A stretch of 64,000 bases of DNA from Hyaloraphidium curvatum SAG 235-1. Lineage: Eukaryota; Fungi; Monoblepharomycota. Numbering within the stretch: position 1 is the first letter of the stretch; each line of letters starts with the position of its first letter. Shown one piece after another: positions 60,340 through 64,000 of the stretch. The stretch spans positions 248,001 to 312,000 of the forward strand of contig JAIVFI010000005.1 in the NCBI GenBank assembly GCA_025558095.1, written 5' to 3'. The position numbers and the translations under genes are program-made. The notes under the pieces are model-generated. The model worked only from the letters and a program-made list of their open reading frames with translations, was not told the origin of the DNA and made no database searches.

Positions 60340-62269
60340 ATGGCGCTCGCGTCTCCGCAGGAGTTGAAGGACCTCGGCCTGGACGGCCTGAGCTGGATTG
60401 TGAGTTCGGGGCGGCGATGCCTGAAGTGGGAGACGCCTGACGATCCATTGGCCTCCCCACGCGACAGAACATCTCGGCCGCCGGTGCCAAGCTCATCAGG
60501 ACTGTCAGGGACTACGTTTACGACGATTGCTGTGCGAATTTGCCGTGCTTTGTCGTGCCATCGCGTTCTGACGCTCCCCGCCGCAGTGCCCGCCGAGCGT
60601 CTCATGCACGCCATCCACCAAGAGGGCGAGGAGAAGGGCTGGAACCGGATGCAGATCTACGAGGCCGGCCTTCCCGTCTTCCACGCCCTGCAGGACAAGG
60701 CCAAGGCCCTCGGCCTCTGGAATCTCTTCCTGTGAGCATCGTCTGTTCGGATCTACTTGGGACATCGGGAGGACACTCGGGTCGCTGGGAAGACAGCATC
60801 GTACTATGATGGCTCTTCAGGACCGAGCACGAGGGGCTCGAGCAGCTCTCGCGCGCAAAATCACTTCGTCTGACGCGTCTTTCATCAGGACGGGCGAGGA
60901 ATTCCACGGCAAGATCGAAGAGACCTCCCCCATCTCGACGCTTGAATATGCCATAGTCGCTGAATTCATGGGACGAAGTGGCCTCGCTTCGGCTGCGACG
61001 AACTGCGCCGCCCCCGACACCGGCAACATGGAGGTGATCGCCCGTTTCGGCAACAAGGCCCAGAAGGAAAAGTGGCTCAAGCCCCTGATGGAGTACAAGA
61101 TCCGCTCGGCCTTTGCGATGACCGAGCCCGGCGTTGCCAGCTCGGACGCGACCAATCTGGCCACGACCATCGAGAAGACCGCCGACGGCAAGTTCTACAT
61201 CATCAACGGCCGCAAGTGGTGGACCTCGAACGCCGCCCACCCGCTTTGCAGTTCGTATTCGCCATTCGCAGTCGTTGGGTACGCTTTGGGGCTGATCCGG
61301 TTTTGTTTCGCCAGAGATCTTTGTCCTCGTCGGCCGCCAGGTCGGCAGGGAGGACCAGGGCAGGCACGGCAAGCACACCGTACTGCTTGTCCCCAAGGAC
61401 GCCCCCGGCGTCAAGATCGTTCGCCGTCTTACCGTTTTCGGGTACGACGAGCACATTGGCGGCCACTGCGAGGTCCTCTTCGAGGACGTCCGCGTGCCCG
61501 TCGAGGAGGCCCTCGTCCACCGCGAGGGCGGCGGCTTCGAGGTCCTTCAGGGCCGTCTCGGCCCCGGGCGCATGTGAGTTGCCGTGTTAAGCTCGCTGAA
61601 CGGTCGCTAATCTTGATCGCTGGTTTCGTCGGCCGGTTTCTCCGGATCAGCCACCACTGGTGAGTTTCTCGCTCGCAAACTCAATGAGCATCGTGTTCTG
61701 ACTTCCCACCGATTAGCATGAGGTCCATCGGTGTCGCCGAGAAGGCCTTGGACATGATGCTACTGGAGGCCACCAACACCCGCAAGAGGCCGTTCGGCAA
61801 GCTGAAGGGCGAGCACGACAAGGTCCAGCGCGACATTGCCTACAGCCGCATGGAGCTTGAGCAGGCCCGCCTCCTCGTCCTGAAGGCCGCTGCCACCATG
61901 GACAAGGTTGGTAGTGATCTGTCGGGCAAGGATGAGACAACGGTCCACTGATCTTTCCACTTTCTCAAGGTCGGCCCCAAGGCTGCCCAGGCCGACATTG
62001 CCATGGCCAAGATCATCATCCCCAACGTTGTTGGCGCCATCCTCGACCGCGCCATCCAGCTGCACGGTGGCGGCGGTGTCGCCGGTCCCCTGGCCGAGAT
62101 GTGGTCGGGCATCCGCACGCTCCGTCTCGCCGACGGCCCCGACGAGGTGCACGCCCCGACCGTCTTCAAGAACGAGATGAAGCGCATCTCGCAGGTCCAC
62201 AAGACGTACGAGACCATTGAGCAGAGGGCTGCGGACCTGTCCAAGCGCCTCGGCATGGCCAAGCTCTGA
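60340..62269 (+). CDS. Peroxisomal acyl-CoA dehydrogenase (ACAD10/11-like)
   Basis: GLWNLFL, NCAAPDTGNMEV, FAMTEPGVASSDATN, GRKWW, QGRLGPGRIHHCMR, RLADGPDEVH; C-terminal AKL (PTS1). Confidence 0.94.
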
Positions 62270-62496
62270 AGGAACGGAAGGCTGGAAGTCGGTGTTAGAA
62301 CATAGGTTTCGGTCGCTTGACGAAGCTGTGAATAGTCATTTTGTCCCACGTTTTCTCGTCCGACGTCGTTGTTCTTTGCGCGGGACTTCTGGCTTCGATC
62401 GACTCCGCCACGCAGAAGGACGTGGGAGACAAGTGACCCCCCAAGCTCACGGCGTTACGAAGGAATACTGTGCTGGAAAGGACGTGATACGAAGCA

Positions 62497-63502
62497 ATGT
62501 CGACTGATTACATCAAGGGCTCGGTCTTTGTCGTGTTGGTACAGCGTCGCCTGTTCAGTCTTCAACGTTCACTCACCGGACCTGCCCCAACGATCTCCTA
62601 CCTCAACGCGACCATTCTTCCTTCTGTTGACGGATCTCTTTCTCTAGCACCGGCGGAAGCAGCGGGCTCGGACGCGCAACCGTACATGCGCTCGTCAAAC
62701 GCGGTGCGAAAGTGGTCAACCTCGACCGCCAGTCGAGCGACAAGGTCATCGCCGAGCTCGGCGCCGAGAACGTGGTCTGGCCCGGACAGGTGGACGTGTC
62801 AAATGAGGCCCAGGTCAAGGCCGCTCTGGCCCAGGGGTTGACCGCTTTCAAGGGCCTCACGCTTCGCGGACTGGTGAACTGCGCCGGGTTCAGTGTGCGT
62901 GGCAACATAATCGATGGCGACGGGAATCCGATGCCCATCGGGCTGTTCGATCGCATCGTGAGGGTCAACCTCCACGGTACCTATCTGATGGATTCCCTCG
63001 TGGCGGCGGAGATGATCAAGAGTACTCCGCCGATCGGCCCCGACGGAGAGCGCGGTGTCCTGATTCACACGTCTTCCGTCAACGCCTCGGACAACCCGGA
63101 GGGCGCCGTGCCATACAATGTGGCGAAAGCCGCAGTGCTTGCATTGACCTTGGTAGGAGGCGTCCTGCGGCTTCACACTCTTTCGATCGCTCACTGTCAT
63201 CACAGGGCAACGCGCGCGAGCTTTCGCGGTGGGGAATCCGCTGTATGACAATTCAACCCGGCGCGATGGACACTCCCGGGCTGGCGCTCGGCGGATCGTG
63301 GGGCCAGGACCAGATCGACAAGGCCGGCGTGTTCCCCCGGCGCCTCGGCGGGGCGGACGAGTTCGCGGCGCTCGTGATCCACATCATTCAGAACCACTAC
63401 CTCAACGGGAGCACGATCCGGCTCGACGGCGGCGTGCGCGTGCCTCTGCAGCGGGACGATCCGAAGCGGTTCGAGCGCAAGTACGGCAAGTCTGTTCTGT
63501 GA
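62497..63502 (+). CDS. 3-hydroxyacyl-CoA dehydrogenase type-2-like SDR (HSD17B10 family)
   Basis: TGGSSGLG, LVNCAG, DGERGVLIHTSS, YNVAK, FPRRLG..EFA, YLNGSTIRLDG. Confidence 0.9.
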
Positions 63503-64000
63503 GCCGGAACCGGCGACTAGTTCTACTTCTCCAAGGCCGAGTGGCATCTGTACAACAGCAACGCTGAAGAACGCCATAAACTACATCGGAGGGGCCGAGT
63601 CCCCGAATGGCACGCCCTACATCTCCACATTTCCAGTGATGTTCAGCTGTCAGATCCAACGAGCAGATTGTCCAAGTCCAGGTGATCCCAGTTACAAGAG
63701 TCAGTACTCAGCATTCCCAATTGTCATCGGTGCATTTCCGGTACAGCGCTCGCGGCGCGTTCACTTGTCGAACCCCTTGAGAGCCCGAAGCGGGTAGACG
63801 CCTTCCTTCGAAGGGTCGGCAACGGCGAACCCGACGCACCACCACTCGGTCTCCCGCGCCGGGGCGACGCCGCTGTCCCCGTGCTGGTGCGGGCCCGCGT
63901 GGAGCTGCTCCCCCTCGATCTCGAAGATGCCATGGTGCTCGTGCGATTCGTTGCCCTCGCCCGCCGAATGCTCCAGGCCCGGGCCCAGGAACCGCGATCG

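Noticed and set aside
63724-64000. Possible 3' end of a minus-strand gene at the window edge
   Set aside because: Several frames are open with no recognisable motif; frame and product cannot be assigned

Overview
Compact, GC-rich eukaryotic genomic DNA with short (about 50-90 nt) spliceosomal introns. Gene content (fungal-type RPB1, RRN6, RMT2, chytrid-style CBM18, plus TRAP1 and SppA, which yeasts lack) suggests an early-diverging, chytrid-grade fungus; this is inference. About 31 protein-coding genes are packed head-to-head and tail-to-tail, mostly housekeeping: lipase-like, RMT2, dual-specificity phosphatase, PECR, RAD5/HLTF-like SNF2, transporters, CaMK-like kinase, OST3, RRN6, GT32, SppA, ARL2, TBC-TLDc, RPB1, COX17, F-box proteins, TRAP1, PRMT3, ACAD and HSD10-like. 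The one non-housekeeping island (about 8.2-10.9 kb) holds a 1.36-kb segment bounded by 17-bp TG...CA terminal inverted repeats. It carries a hidden 4-exon gene that the ORF track shows only as fragments, built by exact 121-bp exon+intron tandem duplication and encoding a putative mitochondrial single-pass coiled-coil protein. Other highlights: a secreted CBM18 / six-Cys repeat array / DPBB protein; an orphan methyltransferase-fold protein; a lipase lacking its catalytic Ser; bacterial-like molybdoenzyme and NylB-like hydrolase genes; a short, degenerate, intron-split RPB1 CTD; a 9-nt microexon; and unusual splice donors (GTGGG/GTGCG, several GC-AG). Exon boundaries were read by eye and no database searches were run.
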